This document shows, piece by piece, positions 1 to 11,792 of a stretch of 64,000 bases of DNA; within the stretch, counting starts at the first letter, position 1; the number at the start of each line of letters is the position of its first letter. A program made the position numbers and the translations under genes. The DNA is from Lama guanicoe (lineage: Eukaryota). Location of the stretch: NCBI GenBank assembly GCA_013239625.1, contig MU053629.1, positions 2,941,567 through 3,005,566 on the forward strand, written 5' to 3'. The notes beneath the pieces were generated by a model. It saw only the letters and a program-made list of their open reading frames with translations. It did no database searches and was not told where the DNA came from.

Positions 1-37
1 AAAGACCCTCAACATATTTTACTAAAAATGCTAGAAG

Positions 38-194
38 CGGGTAGGGTATAGCCCAGGGGTAGAGCACATGCTTAGCATGCACAAGGTCCTGAGTTCAATC
101 CCCAGTACTTCCACCCAAAAAATAAAAATAAATAATTAAAAAGTAAATAAATAAACTTAATTATCACCTAAAAAACCAAACACACAAAAAATTT
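38..194 (+). mobile_element. tRNA-derived SINE, camelid Vic-1-like
   Basis: tRNA-like head (tatagcccaggggtagagc...gagttcaatcccc) with A/B boxes, A-rich tail, and approximate TSD aaaa(t)gctagaag at ~24-37 and ~195-206. Homologous to three other copies in the window. Family name from recall. Confidence 0.8.
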
Positions 195-1122
195 AAAAGC
201 TAGAAGAGTAGACATACTTTAATGTGCACTAACCTTAGTGGCTTTTTCTTGTGTTACGCTGTTGCACGTTCTAATTAACAAGGTTCTGTACCCATATTTA
301 GTTTGCCTGCAATGAATATGTAGTTGTTCTTATTCTTCAGAATGAAATAAACTGTAAGTCGACATAATTTAGAAGCAGCATAACAACAGTCCCATTTGTG
401 TTTTTCTGAAGACACGTTCTCTCACAATAAATGTAAAATAAGTATTTTTAATTGTATTGTATGATGAGGAAGCTAGGGTGAGGCTAAGCCACAGAACTAC
501 TCAGCAATCACATAGGACTGACATTTTTTTCTGGCTCTGAAATCCTGTTTTCTAGTTCACTGAATTGTGCTTTCTAGGAAAGTGTCTCATACCTTTTAAG
601 CTGTTGCTTAATACATGTTATTGCATAGCCTTGAATTAAAAATTGTCTTGTCTCCATTTCAGATTTGTGTATTTCATTTTATATAAATCGTACCTTAAAG
701 AAAAAAAAGAATATCAAACTCTAATGAAATTTTTAGGAGTGGAGTATACTGATGTCTGCAATTTACATTGAAATACACAAAAAATTAGAAAGGAATGGGT
801 AATATCATGAAATAAATATAATAAAAAAGTTAAAATTTAAATCTAGGTAGTGTTCACTGTACAATGATTTAATCTTTTGTATGTTTGAAATTTTTTGTAA
901 TAAAATATGAGAGAAAATTAAAATTTAAAATCCACTGGGAAAAAATCGAGTTGTCTCTAGAAGCATTGTTAATATAGTTTGTTCTGAGTTGTACTTCTGA
1001 GCAACTCAGTAAGCCAGGGCTGGGATATGAAAAACAGACATCTTTCAGCCCTGCCCCAAGAGCTTCTGCTTATGAACAAGAACACAGATTCTTATTTCTA
1101 ATTGGCCTCTCTTCTTTTGCAG

Positions 1123-1199
1123 GGTTATACGTAAATTTCCGTCATCTCTATAAACAGCGCAGGCGGCGCTTTGGACAAAAAAAGAAAAAGATCCATTAA
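1123..1199 (+). CDS. HACD3: Last coding exon of very-long-chain 3-hydroxyacyl-CoA dehydratase 3 (PTPLAD1)
   Basis: Polypyrimidine tract and AG at 1121-1122, then (G)LYVNFRHLYKQRRRRFGQKKKKIH-stop (TAA 1197-1199). Matches the recalled HACD3 C-terminus with a KKxx ER-retrieval motif. Fits the known HACD3-INTS14-SLC24A1 gene order. Confidence 0.92.
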
Positions 1200-2850
1200 A
1201 AAGAGATTTAGATGACTTCTTGCCAGTTTGAGCCTAATCTATAATTATTACAGTTTTACTTTCTTGTACTGATTTAAAAGGTTTTTTAAAGTTAAATGAT
1301 TAAATTCTCAGTGAGGCTGCCTTCCCTTTCCCACAGTAACATTCCTGAATTTACCATATAATCTTAGTGTAGTACTTGCATGACATGGACTCCTGATACC
1401 TGATGACAGGTTCATTCTTGTGTATTCTGTTAGTAACAGCAGAAGACAGCCCTCCCCTCCCCACTCCACGTCCAGTCAGTCTGTTTCACACAGGCCAGAG
1501 ACACTCCTTCAGTGCCCTGACCCTACCAGCTGCTGGCCATTCTTAAAGCTGGAATTTGTTTTTTCCAGCTACTGCTTGTGGGAAAAAACCAGCAAGACTA
1601 TGTTGCTGTATAGGTGGCTGTGAAGGTGACTCGGGCAGGACTTACTTTTTCTGTACCCAAGGGGCTACTTGTTAAGTGGGGTGGCATTGATTTTTTTGAA
1701 AATCAAGTTTGACTCAGTCATTGATAAAGCATTTCTGAGTCTGAGTGGGGCTGGAGGACACATGTTACCTCTGAATCTTTTGGCCTCTCTAACAACATCT
1801 TACCTGCGTGGGCACAGAGAGGCACAGAGTGATTTGAGAGAAACCAGTCAGAGCCCTGGAACACCATGATCACTTACTTCATTCCTAGCTAAATCAGAAC
1901 TATTTTCAATAGTAAAGAAAGATGAAAGAGTTTGAAAACAATGAGATTCTAAGAGTTTCAAAGCCAAATGGCATTACAGGGATCAGAAGGGTCAAACTAG
2001 CAGTAAGACAGCTGCTGGCCGTGCAGCCTGTGGCAGACTGGAAACACCAGAGTAAAGCCAGACCAAAGCCCTACAACACTGTTGTGGGCTGTGCACGAAA
2101 CGTAAAGAAAATTCGGTCTCCCTTCCCCTGCACTGACTGAGTTCATTTGCTTGTGTACCTGGCAGAGTGAGTTGGTGGGACTGTTGTTTTTGAACAGGCC
2201 TCAGAAACACCTGCTTTTATTCTGCTGTTTCGCCTGTCTGCAGTAGGACAGTGCCAACAGTGGGAACTTTGGCTGGAGAACCACCAGCGGGGCCTTTAGG
2301 AAGATTCTTGGCAGGAAACCCACCAACAGAGGAACTGAAAAAAAGCTAGACATTATGATTTGACCATTGTCAAAAATGTCAGTTTCCCCTAATACATTCC
2401 AAGTAAACCACGTACATAAGTGTTAGAAGTAATGTCTGTATGCAAGAATTTAAGTTCTTTCTGTTCTGCCATTCCCATTGCTCCTGGGGGAAAGGGGCAC
2501 TCAGTGGGTTATGCTGTTACTCTGAGCCCAGGACGGAAACTTGGTTTGACCTAAAAACATCTGATTAGTATAGGCTGGTTGGTTTTTTTTTTTTTTTACA
2601 AGTTCACTGCGCTGCAGGTTATTTTGCATGTCTGCAACTTCTGTCAACATTTGTTTGTGTTTATTAATTTCTGATGTTCTTTCAACTGACTTTGTATGTG
2701 TAACTGGGCAGATCAGCTTTACAGCAGATGATGCTGTATCTGTGTGGCAGAATCTTGTATTCTTAGTGATTGTTGTAAACCCCTTTATTGCTGTCTGAGA
2801 AAGCAAAAGATGTGTATTTCTATTAAACATTTACAATCAAAATCCTAGTA
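1200..2850 (+). other. HACD3: HACD3 3' UTR with probable ATTAAA poly(A) signal at 2822-2827
   Basis: No recognisable repeat after the stop codon. ATTAAA is followed by a GT-rich element (cttgtgttt). The end point is inferred. Confidence 0.6.
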
Positions 2851-2928
2851 ACTTGTGTTTAAAGATCATTTAGTCTATGGTTTTCAAATTGTTAGTGATA
2901 AATTCCTTTGTTTAGACAAAATACTATA

Positions 2929-3229
2929 TAGGCATATCTTGTTTCACTGCATTTCACAAATACTTCATTTTTTACAAATTGAAGATTTGTGGCAACTTTG
3001 TGTTGTCAGATGGTGGTTAGCATTTTTTAGCAGTAAACTATTTGTTAATCAAGGTAGGCACTTTTTTTAGACATGATGCTGCTGCACACTTAATAGACAC
3101 AGTATAGTATAAACGTAACTTTTTTATGTGCTGGGAAACTAAGAAATTCATGCGACTAGCTTTATTGCCATATTTGCTTTATTGTGGTGGTCTTGGAAGT
3201 GAACCTGCAGTATCTCCCAGGTATGCCTA
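2929..3229 (+). mobile_element. Tigger1-like internally deleted DNA transposon (TcMar)
   Basis: Degenerate TIRs (taggcatatc ... caggtatgcct) and the body acaaattgaagatttgtggcaac...gcacacttaatagac. Homologous to 22455-22839. Confidence 0.8.
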
Positions 3230-3608
3230 CTCTGCATGTTAAAGCATGGTTGCTTGGGTTCAAACCTCAGGGAGTAATACCTTCTGAGGTTTACAGAGCA
3301 ATTTGAAAAGCACTGATGATGTAAATTAAGTTAGATGACTTGCCCAAGGTCATGAAGCTAGCTATTGAACTGGAATCATAACCATCTACAGTGATCGGTC
3401 AGGCTCTACCTGGATGGAACCTGACTCATTAGGCAGTGAGGCCTGACCGGTATCAGAAACAAAGAGGTCAACATGAACCCAAGGAACCCTCAAGATTTAT
3501 GAATCTATGCCACTTAGGAAGCTGAAATTACATTAAGGTTATAGGATACATCAAAAGGCAAAGAACCATTAGTTTCCCAGTGAAACCATTTTATAGAAAA
3601 TCAAGTAT

Positions 3609-3614
3609 TTTATT
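3609..3614 (-). terminator. INTS14: Probable INTS14 poly(A) signal (AATAAA)
   Basis: tttatt on the + strand, about 580 nt downstream of the INTS14 stop codon. Confidence 0.65.
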
Positions 3615-4190
3615 TTCATAAAAAAAAGTTTTGAAGACAGGTGAATCACTTTATACATTTATGGTTGCTGTTTAAAAGTTCGTATCTCAAGATACACCAA
3701 AAGCACCTAAGGGTTACCACCAAGTTTTTGCCCAAGTTCTACAGAAATTCTGAAACTTAGTGACGTTGGGCTTGTATTTGACAAGTCCCAGACAGCCTGG
3801 GTTGCTCATCCCAAGCAGAGAAGCTTGGAAATGGTTGGGAGAAGAGTGAAGAGGTCTTTGAGGAAGCCAGAGAAGCCAGGCGGTTAGGTTTTCCTGAGGA
3901 AGGTGGGGAGATGCTCGTCAGTCCTTCAAGCTTCTCAGGAGATGTGCCCATTGTGGGAGCAGCAGCTGTCTTTTGAGCTTAAAGACTGAGCTCCAGAAAG
4001 CTGAAGTCAAAGCCCGAGCAGCCGCCCACCCCGCAGACCCCTTCTCAGACCAACCTGAGTCTGCAAGTGTGTTTCTGAGGCAGCTTCAGGAAGGTCTTCG
4101 CGTAGCTACTGCAGAGGTGAACAGACTGGAAAAGTTTTTACCCTAAATTGTTTTCATTTGAAAAAAGAAGAAAGGCTCCCAAAGTCAGCC

Positions 4191-4442
4191 TCACATTCTC
4201 TCAGTGCTGCTCCCGGAGAAGTCTGTCTGCAAAGGTGTGATGTTGTGGTCATACCCGGCGTACTCGGAGGTGCCGGTACTGGCCAGCTTGAGCTGCTGGG
4301 CGGCGTGGGTCAGCTGGAACGCGGCGTCGGGATGGGCTGTGTCCGGCAGCAGGGTGCACTCCCTTTCCAGCATGTCAGCCACCCCTTTGAGCAGGTCTAG
4401 GAAACCAAAGGCCAGGGCGGCCTTTCGTAAACGGTTCAGCTC
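4191..4442 (-). CDS. INTS14: INTS14 coding exon 11 (last): ELNRLRKAALAFGF...DFSGSSTERM*
   Basis: CAG acceptor at 4443-4445, 252 nt, TGA at 4191-4193. Confidence 0.95.
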   Translation of the reverse strand, partial: ELNRLRKAALAFGFLDLLKGVADMLERECTLLPDTAHPDAAFQLTHAAQQLKLASTGTSEYAGYDHNITPLQTDFSGSSTERM

Positions 4443-6124
4443 CTGACCAAAGGAAAAAAAAACAACACCCATGTTCCTGAAGTGCATTTTCCTCGTGGCA
4501 CACTTTCTAAGTGCTCTGCTTAGCATTCAGTTCTCCTTGATCCCTGAACTTAAGTGAGCATTTTTATATAAGAACTAATGCTTGTGCAGAGATGACGGTA
4601 ACACTGCGATGACATGACTGGGAAGTGGTTCCTCTAAAGGTGATCAGAAGGCTAAGGAAGACAGATGAATGAAACACAGGTCATCTCACCACAGTTCATG
4701 AGCACTTAGGCCAAACGTGGTGAGGCACTTTGCATACATCATTTCATGTATGCAAAGGAGGATTACTTTTCTGCTGTTAGTCAGGTATGGCAAAGGCTTG
4801 GCCCAAACCTCAGAGGGCTCTTGACCTTCCGGTGCTTCTCTGGCTGGCGCCTTAAGACTGAATGACAATGAACATCTTGGGAGGAGACTAGGAGTCAGGA
4901 AGTCTGACCACACAGGTAGCCTCAAAAAGAAAGGTCGGGTAGTGGCTGGAAGCAGAGAAGTATGAAGTGCTGCATCCACCACTTACTAGTGTGATCTGGG
5001 CAAAGTGTGTAGCTTTTCTGACCGTCAGGAGCCTCCTTTACAAAAGGAGGACTGCATCAGCCCCTGCAGTGGGCAGGGAAGAGGCTGTCACCTGGTGGAG
5101 GCCTTTGCCAGCTCTGAGATGTAGTTACATAAAATCAGTAAAGACAAATGGACTTTCTGACCACCTCTCTGCTATCATTTGTTTATAAGTGAAATTTCAG
5201 AAGGAGGCCAAAGTACAAGTGTGCCACCTTGAATGGACAGGTCGGCAGGGAGACGGGCACTACGGCCAAGGGGTGGTCACCAAGGGCCTGTGTGAACTCT
5301 GGGCTTCAGGTGGGGAGCACGGCGGGCTGAGCAGCTCTCTGGCTGAACTCTGATTAAGGTCGCTCCTGCTTGATGTCACCAGCTCACAACATAATTAGGT
5401 TTGAAGACAACAGTGACATAAAGGTAATGAGGTAACGCCCAGACGAAGCATGTATGTCCTCCGGAAGAGAAGCTAGCCTGGGGCTGGCTGTAAGTTCCAC
5501 ATTTTAAGACGAGCAAGCTAGTACACAACTGACAACACAGCGTACCTCACACTGCTGCTTAATTTGATTTCAGCCAAACACCAAAGGGCAGGGGAGAAAC
5601 AAGGCGTGAGCGTAAATGCTCCCCCAACTCCACCCCACCCCTTGTAACTTTATTCCACCAATGGTTCTGAATTAGGTATGATTAGCTAGGTATGATTCTG
5701 GAGGGCCATCCTTTTGCAATTCATGAATGTGCAATTTTAGACGTCATTTCTGGACGCAGCTCCTCTGGCACAGTAAGGATGTTCTGAGCAAAGTCACACG
5801 CACTGGTTGCCTGGAGTTAGACTGGCTATCCCTATGGGAGTGGTGAGGAGGCTTAAGGGCCATGACCCACAGGTCCGTTCAGCTCCTTCCCTCAGCCAAC
5901 ACGGAGAAGCGCCACACAGAACCAGGCCATTTAGACACTTTTGATTCTTGGATTCTATGGCAGCAACGGACCTATCATTTCTTCTGACTCCTGATGAAAA
6001 ACTTGAGGCACAAACCATACACTTCTAATCCGTGTCCATCTGTTACCCCACACTCCTGTAAACTCTTTATTTTTGGCACCCATCCCAGGCCCACCCTCTC
6101 CCACTATAATTCTTACAGTCTCAC

Positions 6125-6190
6125 CTTATAGAATGTCTGTGTTTTTTCAGGTAGTTTCCTTGCATTTCTTAAAATCTTCTGTACATCTGT
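6125..6190 (-). CDS. INTS14: INTS14 coding exon 10: TDVQKILRNARKLPEKTQTFYK
   Basis: AG acceptor, GTGAGA donor, 66 nt, phase 0/0. Confidence 0.93.
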
Positions 6191-6319
6191 CTATTAAGGT
6201 AAAACGAATTCAACATTAGAATTCTGTGGGAAAAGTGGAAAGAATACAAAAGGATGGCTTTAAATGTTTAAAGAAATGAAAACAAGAAAAGAGTTACAGT
6301 GTCGGGATGAGGGTCTCTC

Positions 6320-7057
6320 CATCCATGGCCAGCAGCTTTTTGACAAAGGTGCCAAGACCATTCAATAGTTTTCAACAAATGGTGCTGGGACAACTGGATA
6401 GCCGCATGCAAAATAATGAAGTTGGACCCTTACTTCATACCAGACAAAAAACTGACTCAAAATGAAGCAGAAACCTAAATGCAAGAGCTAAAACTATAAA
6501 ACTCTTATGACAACAGCACAGCAAAAAAGGAAAATAAACAAATACATAAATCTGGTAAATGTTCATCATAGCAGCATTCTTCATAATGGCCAAAAGGTGG
6601 AAACAATCCAAATGTTCATCAACTGAAAATGAATGGATAAACAAAATGTGACGTTTATATAATGGACTGTTATTCAACCATCAAAAGGAATGAAGTACTG
6701 ATACACGCTACAACATGAATGAATGCTGAAAACATAACACAAAAGACCAAACACAAAGCAAGCCAAACACAAAAGACCACATATAATATGATTCCATTTA
6801 TATGAAATATCCAGAATAGACAAATCCTTAGAGACAGAAAGCAGATTAGTGGTTGCCAAGAGCTGGGAGAAGACATGAATGCAGAGTGACTTGTTTAGTG
6901 GGTAAAGGATTTCCTTTTGGGGTGATGAAAATGTTCTGGAACCAGAGAGTGGTGATGGTCGTGTAACACTGTACTAAATGCCACTGAACTGTATACTTTA
7001 AAATGGCTGAAGTGGTGAATTTTGTTATGTGCATCCCATCATAAAAAAAAAAAAAAA
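6320..7057 (+). mobile_element. L1 (L1MB-like): ORF2 3' fragment plus 3' UTR and poly(A)
   Basis: ttttgacaaaggtgccaag...ttcaacaaatggtgctgggacaactggata is typical of the L1 ORF2 end. L1M 3' UTR motifs follow (tgattccatttatatgaaatatccagaatag), ending in an A-tract at 7043-7057. Confidence 0.85.
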
Positions 7058-8034
7058 CCACTCAGACCAAAACACCAAAATTACAAAAATAGCTTTAGAA
7101 AAATTCAGCTATCTTTCTGACAAGGAAGTGCTGGGGTCAGGAAAGAGGAAGAACTTGATTTTCCACCAAAGAGAAGAGGCCCCTGCTCCCTTAGCCATGG
7201 CTGGATGGGTTCAGTCTCCCTGAAAAGGGGGCTAGAAGAGACCATGCTAATTCTGTGACCAAGTGGCCTGACTACCTCTTCTCATTTGGCTTACGTTGGA
7301 CTCACTGGAGAAACAAAGAAAAAAAATGGCATTCAAATGAGGAAAAAAAGGCTCAAAAAGTGATTTTTAAAAATAGGAATACATCCCTTTACCAATGGGA
7401 GGAGAAATGTCACTGAGTACCTTGACCGGAAGCAGCACACCTCAATAATACGCTGATCTTAGCTTCTCACGTGTTTTTGTGGGGTGACAGGGAAATGCTC
7501 TGGCTTGGGTTCTACCACGGGGATGAAAGAAATAACCACATGATGATTTTTACATCTTTCTCAAAATTGTTATTAAAGAGAACACCTATTACGTTATTCA
7601 ATGTCTCACCATGTCAAAAATTTTACATTAAAGTTTAATGCCGGTACAATGTGTCTCTCTAGAAGAACTGAGACGCTTCCTTTTATGAGACAAGAAAAAT
7701 CATAAAACCAACATGTTTCTTTTTTGACCTTAGTAGCAGGAAGCTCAGAGCCAAATTGCTCAAATACAATTATCATTTTGCCTTGGGTTCCAGGAACAAT
7801 TGTCTCTCCTCTTCCTCTAGGTTTTATATTGCTCTAAATTTTGTAAAAAATGATTCTGCTATATATGTGTTTTACTGTAGGCCACCTGAAAACCTTTTTG
7901 GAAATAATGACAAACATTAGAAGTAAGTGAATTACTAAGTATCAAAGGAAAGGAAAATCAAATCAAATATCCACCTGCCTGCCAGAACCCCTCTTCCTGT
8001 CCCCAGTGGAGAGCAATGTAAATGGTAATGTTAC

Positions 8035-8153
8035 CTGCAGGCCACTGGGTTTGATCCAGACAGTCACATTCTGGGCATAACTGCGTTTGTTTTTGGGCTG
8101 CAGGGGGAATGGGCTCTTATTATCATCCTCACCATAAGGGTTTTCTTTCGCAT
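8035..8153 (-). CDS. INTS14: INTS14 coding exon 9: (D)AKENPYGEDDNKSPFPLQ...WIKPSGLQ
   Basis: AG acceptor, GTAAC donor, 119 nt, phases fit the neighbouring exons. Confidence 0.94.
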
Positions 8154-8624
8154 CTTAAAAGAAAAAGACATTCTTGAAATGACATCTGGCAAAACACAAT
8201 CAACTACATTTTCAATTAGGCTAGAAGCTCTTTGAATCATTCAATCTCCCATATCCTGTTACCTCCCTAATTAAGAAAATCCATTAACTTCAGTCAGGTT
8301 GGGGAACCTGTTCTCAATACTGACGTAGGAGTTGAAACAACCATCTGAGGCCTATGCAAGTGAAAAAACAGCTTAATGCTTTTAAAGAGATAAGCTTCAC
8401 TTATCTACTTTATAAATTAAGATCAGAGAGATACATCTATCAAAATTCATCAAATTGTACATCTGAAATATGTGTAGTTTACTGTACAGGAACCATACCA
8501 CAATAAAGGTGTTAAAAAAATAAAATAAAATCAGACAGGAAAAAACTAATACATACAACAATACTAAAGTACATTTTAAAAAATATACGAATACACGCAT
8601 ACTGCAATTCTACACAGACCAGAC

Positions 8625-8770
8625 CAGCACTCTCCAACAGAATTTTCTGTGATGGGGAATGGTAGTCACTGAACCCCTGATGTGTGACTAGTGTAACAGG
8701 AATTGAATTTCACTTCATGAAATTTAAACAGCCTCATGTGGCTAGTGGCTACTGGATTAGACAGCATAGG
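8625..8770. mobile_element. MER3-like hAT-Charlie MITE remnant
   Basis: cagcactctccaacagaattttctgtgatg...catgtggctagtggctact...gacagca. Confidence 0.6.
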
Positions 8771-11130
8771 TCCAGGCATTGAGAAAATTAAAAATAAAAT
8801 TGTAGAGAGCCAAATTAAGGAAAAGAGCGAGGGAAGAAATACTTTTTTGGTGAAACATACCCCATCTTCTGAGTTAACAGTTTATTACTTCCGAAGGTTT
8901 AAAGCCATGCTGGCTTTATAGCCGTGAGGATAAACAACGGTTTGTTTTTCTACCTGCTTCTTGAACCAATTCAAGCCTGAAACTTTGCCACAAGCTTACA
9001 AAGCACGCTTACGTCTACCGGCTCATTAGCACTATTATTATTATGTCCTGGGGTGGACAGAGCAGGATTCATTTTCCCAACAAGTCTGGGAGCTCCAATC
9101 CCTTGCCCAAATGTTCGTATTGAAAACTGGAGTTAGCCGAGTTCCTCTAACTGAGCCAGCAACTCTCCACCCCCACGCAATCCGGTCATTAATTTAGATG
9201 CCTTACGCCGGCCCCACGGTACCTCTGTTGGTCCCCTCTCCTCCCGCCCCCTCCAAAAAGTATTGGCCCAGCTTTTCACACATATTTCCATGAATACTTG
9301 TCAATATATAAACCTGCTTAGTCAGGCCAAGATCCCAACAGTTCTTTCCCATACAACACGCTTACATGCAACTTCCCTGCCCCTGTTTGTTATTTCTCCT
9401 GCTTGGAATGCTCTCCTTTCCTCATTTATTCCCTCCCTCACTTATTCATTATCTATAATAAGCCTTCGCTATGTAGCACGCACTTTGCTGAGAAGTGTAG
9501 TTAGAGAAGTATTTTTCTGGCCTCAAGGAACTTAAAAAATAAAGAATACTGATTAAATTTCAACTGTGTGCCAAATACTTTACATATACAATTTCTCTCC
9601 TTATAGCAACCCTAGATGGTAGATATTATTAGCCTCATTAAGATGAGGAAACTGAGGCTCAGATTTTGCACTGACTCAGCTGGGCCTGGTTTCAAAGCCA
9701 ACACATCTTCTGCCACCCAACACTGCCGTTCCTCACCTACCCAAACTTACATTTTAGGTCCAGATCCTATCCTACCTCCTCCATGGAGTTGTCCCAAGTT
9801 TTTCTCGCAGACAGTGATTTCTCTAGACCCTTTCATCCTGTAGCACTCAGTGTCAGTACCAAACACTGCAACATCTAATCATAGCCTATCTTGAACTGTC
9901 TCTGCCTGGAGCCTATGTGTGGTAACTGGCTTAGCAGACATTAATGAAAAAAGAAGAGGAGATTCTTAGAAACACGAAATATGATAACACATTAAAAAAA
10001 AAACAGTTGCAAGGTAAGCTGAAGACATCTTGGAGAAGGTAAGATATCTTACACACGTAAATCATCACGTACGTTCCAGAAAGGGAGAACAGAGAACACA
10101 GGCAGGGGGGAAGTCAAAGCCAAGCTCATGTTCCCAGGACTGCAGGGCATGAACTGCCGGGTGAAGGGCCCACTGAGTGTCCAGCACAGTGAGTGAAGAG
10201 GCCAGCAACCAGGTACATGATCCTGAAAATCCAGAACACTGGAAATTCTAGAAGAGCCTCAAGGAGCGCAGAGGAAGTGCAGATCTGGGGCAAAGCCCTG
10301 GCAGTCAGCACAGCACTGGGCTCTCAGCAGCAACACCGGAAGCCAGAAGAGGCATCTGAGCGATGCTTCAAAACGCTAAGGGAAAATGATGCCAGCCTAG
10401 AACTCAGTAACCAACCACGCTGTCAATGGAAGGTAAGCGATGAGATACAGACATTTTTCAAATGTGCAAGATTTCAAATGTTTACTTCTCATGTGCCCTT
10501 TTCTCAGGAGGATTCAAAAAATGATACTTAAAATGAAAAATAAAAAGGTCAAGAAATAGCTATATACTTGTATTACTTAGAAATGTAAGTAAACCCCAAA
10601 AGAAGCAATTATATGTTGAAAACAGTTGTGTCTATGAAGAGAATTAGGAATAGGAGGAACAGGTATAAATGAAGGTACTATTTTTGCATGTTTTCCTTTG
10701 ATTAAAAAACATAATAAATACAGCAGGATCTACCACTAAAATGTGTCAGGTGCTCAATATACCCTCTCTCAACAACTTTTCTCAACAACTCTGTAAGATA
10801 GGTTTTACTATCACTTACCAATCGTTACCATAATGACAATTCCAATCTGCTAGGACTGTTGTAAGAATAAAATGAAATGATACAGTTCACCTTCTCTAGC
10901 ACAGTGCCTGGCACAAAGTACAATAAATGCTGGCTCCTATTAAATAATCCTCACTGAAAAGAAGAGCAGACAGAAGGAGGGAAAACAACACAAATACATA
11001 GGGCACAGTAAACAGCAGTTCCCTCTGAATTAAGGATGGGTGTAACCAGCCAAGACCAGAAGGAATGTAAATGCTACTATCTTAGGTTACGGACAGGCAT
11101 GTGTGGTAAAAGCTGTCACAATAGTCTCGT

Positions 11131-11362
11131 TAGGGGTCAGGAAACTTTTTTTGTAAAGGGTCAGACAGTAAATATTTTAGGCTTTGTGGGTCATGTGTTC
11201 TCTGCTGTAATTCCTCAGCTCTGCCACTGAAGCAGGAAAGCAGCCACAGGTCACATGTAAATGAGTGAGTGTGACTGTGTAATAAACCTTTACAATAAAA
11301 CTGCATTTACAAAACAAACCGTGGGCTCATTTGGCCTGTCGGCCATAGTTAGCTGACTTCCG
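11131..11362 (+). mobile_element. MER58A-like hAT-Charlie element
   Basis: ggggtcaggaaact...tgtaaagggtcagacagtaaatattttaggctttgtggg...ccatagttagctgac. Related copies near 12565-12750 and 53444-53590. Confidence 0.75.
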
Positions 11363-11394
11363 ATCTAAGTGCAAGGTTAAAGAAAGCCAGAACT

Positions 11395-11675
11395 CTACAT
11401 GTCATTATGCATTTGTCAAAACCCACAGAATGTACTATATCAAGAGTGAACCCTAATGTAAATTGTGGACTTTGGTTAATAATAATGTGCCCATGTTGGT
11501 TCATCGATTGAGCCAAATATGCCACACTGATGAGGGATTCTGAGGGTAGAGGAATGTATATCTGTGGGTAGGGAGAGCTATGTGCGAAATGCTCTATTTT
11601 CTGCTCAATTCTGCTGTGAACCTGAAACTGCTCTAAAAAAATGAAGTCTATTAATAATACTAATAATAAAAAAAG
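11395..11675 (+). mobile_element. L1MC-like 3' UTR end
   Basis: catttgtcaaaacccacagaatgtac...gtgaaccctaatgtaaa...tgtgaacctgaaactgctctaaaaaa. Confidence 0.75.
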
Positions 11676-11767
11676 AAAGCCAGAACAAGGCAAGAGCAGA
11701 GAGTGAAAAGGCAGAATGAATGCAGGAATGCCAGAGAATAAAGGAAGTGAGGAATCACTCTCTAAAG

Positions 11768-11792
11768 ACACACACACACACACACACACACA
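11768..11792. repeat. (CA)n microsatellite
   Basis: About 12 uninterrupted CA units. Confidence 0.9.

Noticed and set aside
38..112. Functional tRNA genes (also at ~44065-44140, ~45340-45411, 55558-55630)
   Set aside because: tRNA-like heads have A-rich tails and TSDs and degenerate stems, so they are SINEs.
4443..4526. N-terminal part of the 111-aa ORF 4191-4526
   Set aside because: Intronic read-through upstream of the true acceptor at 4443-4445.
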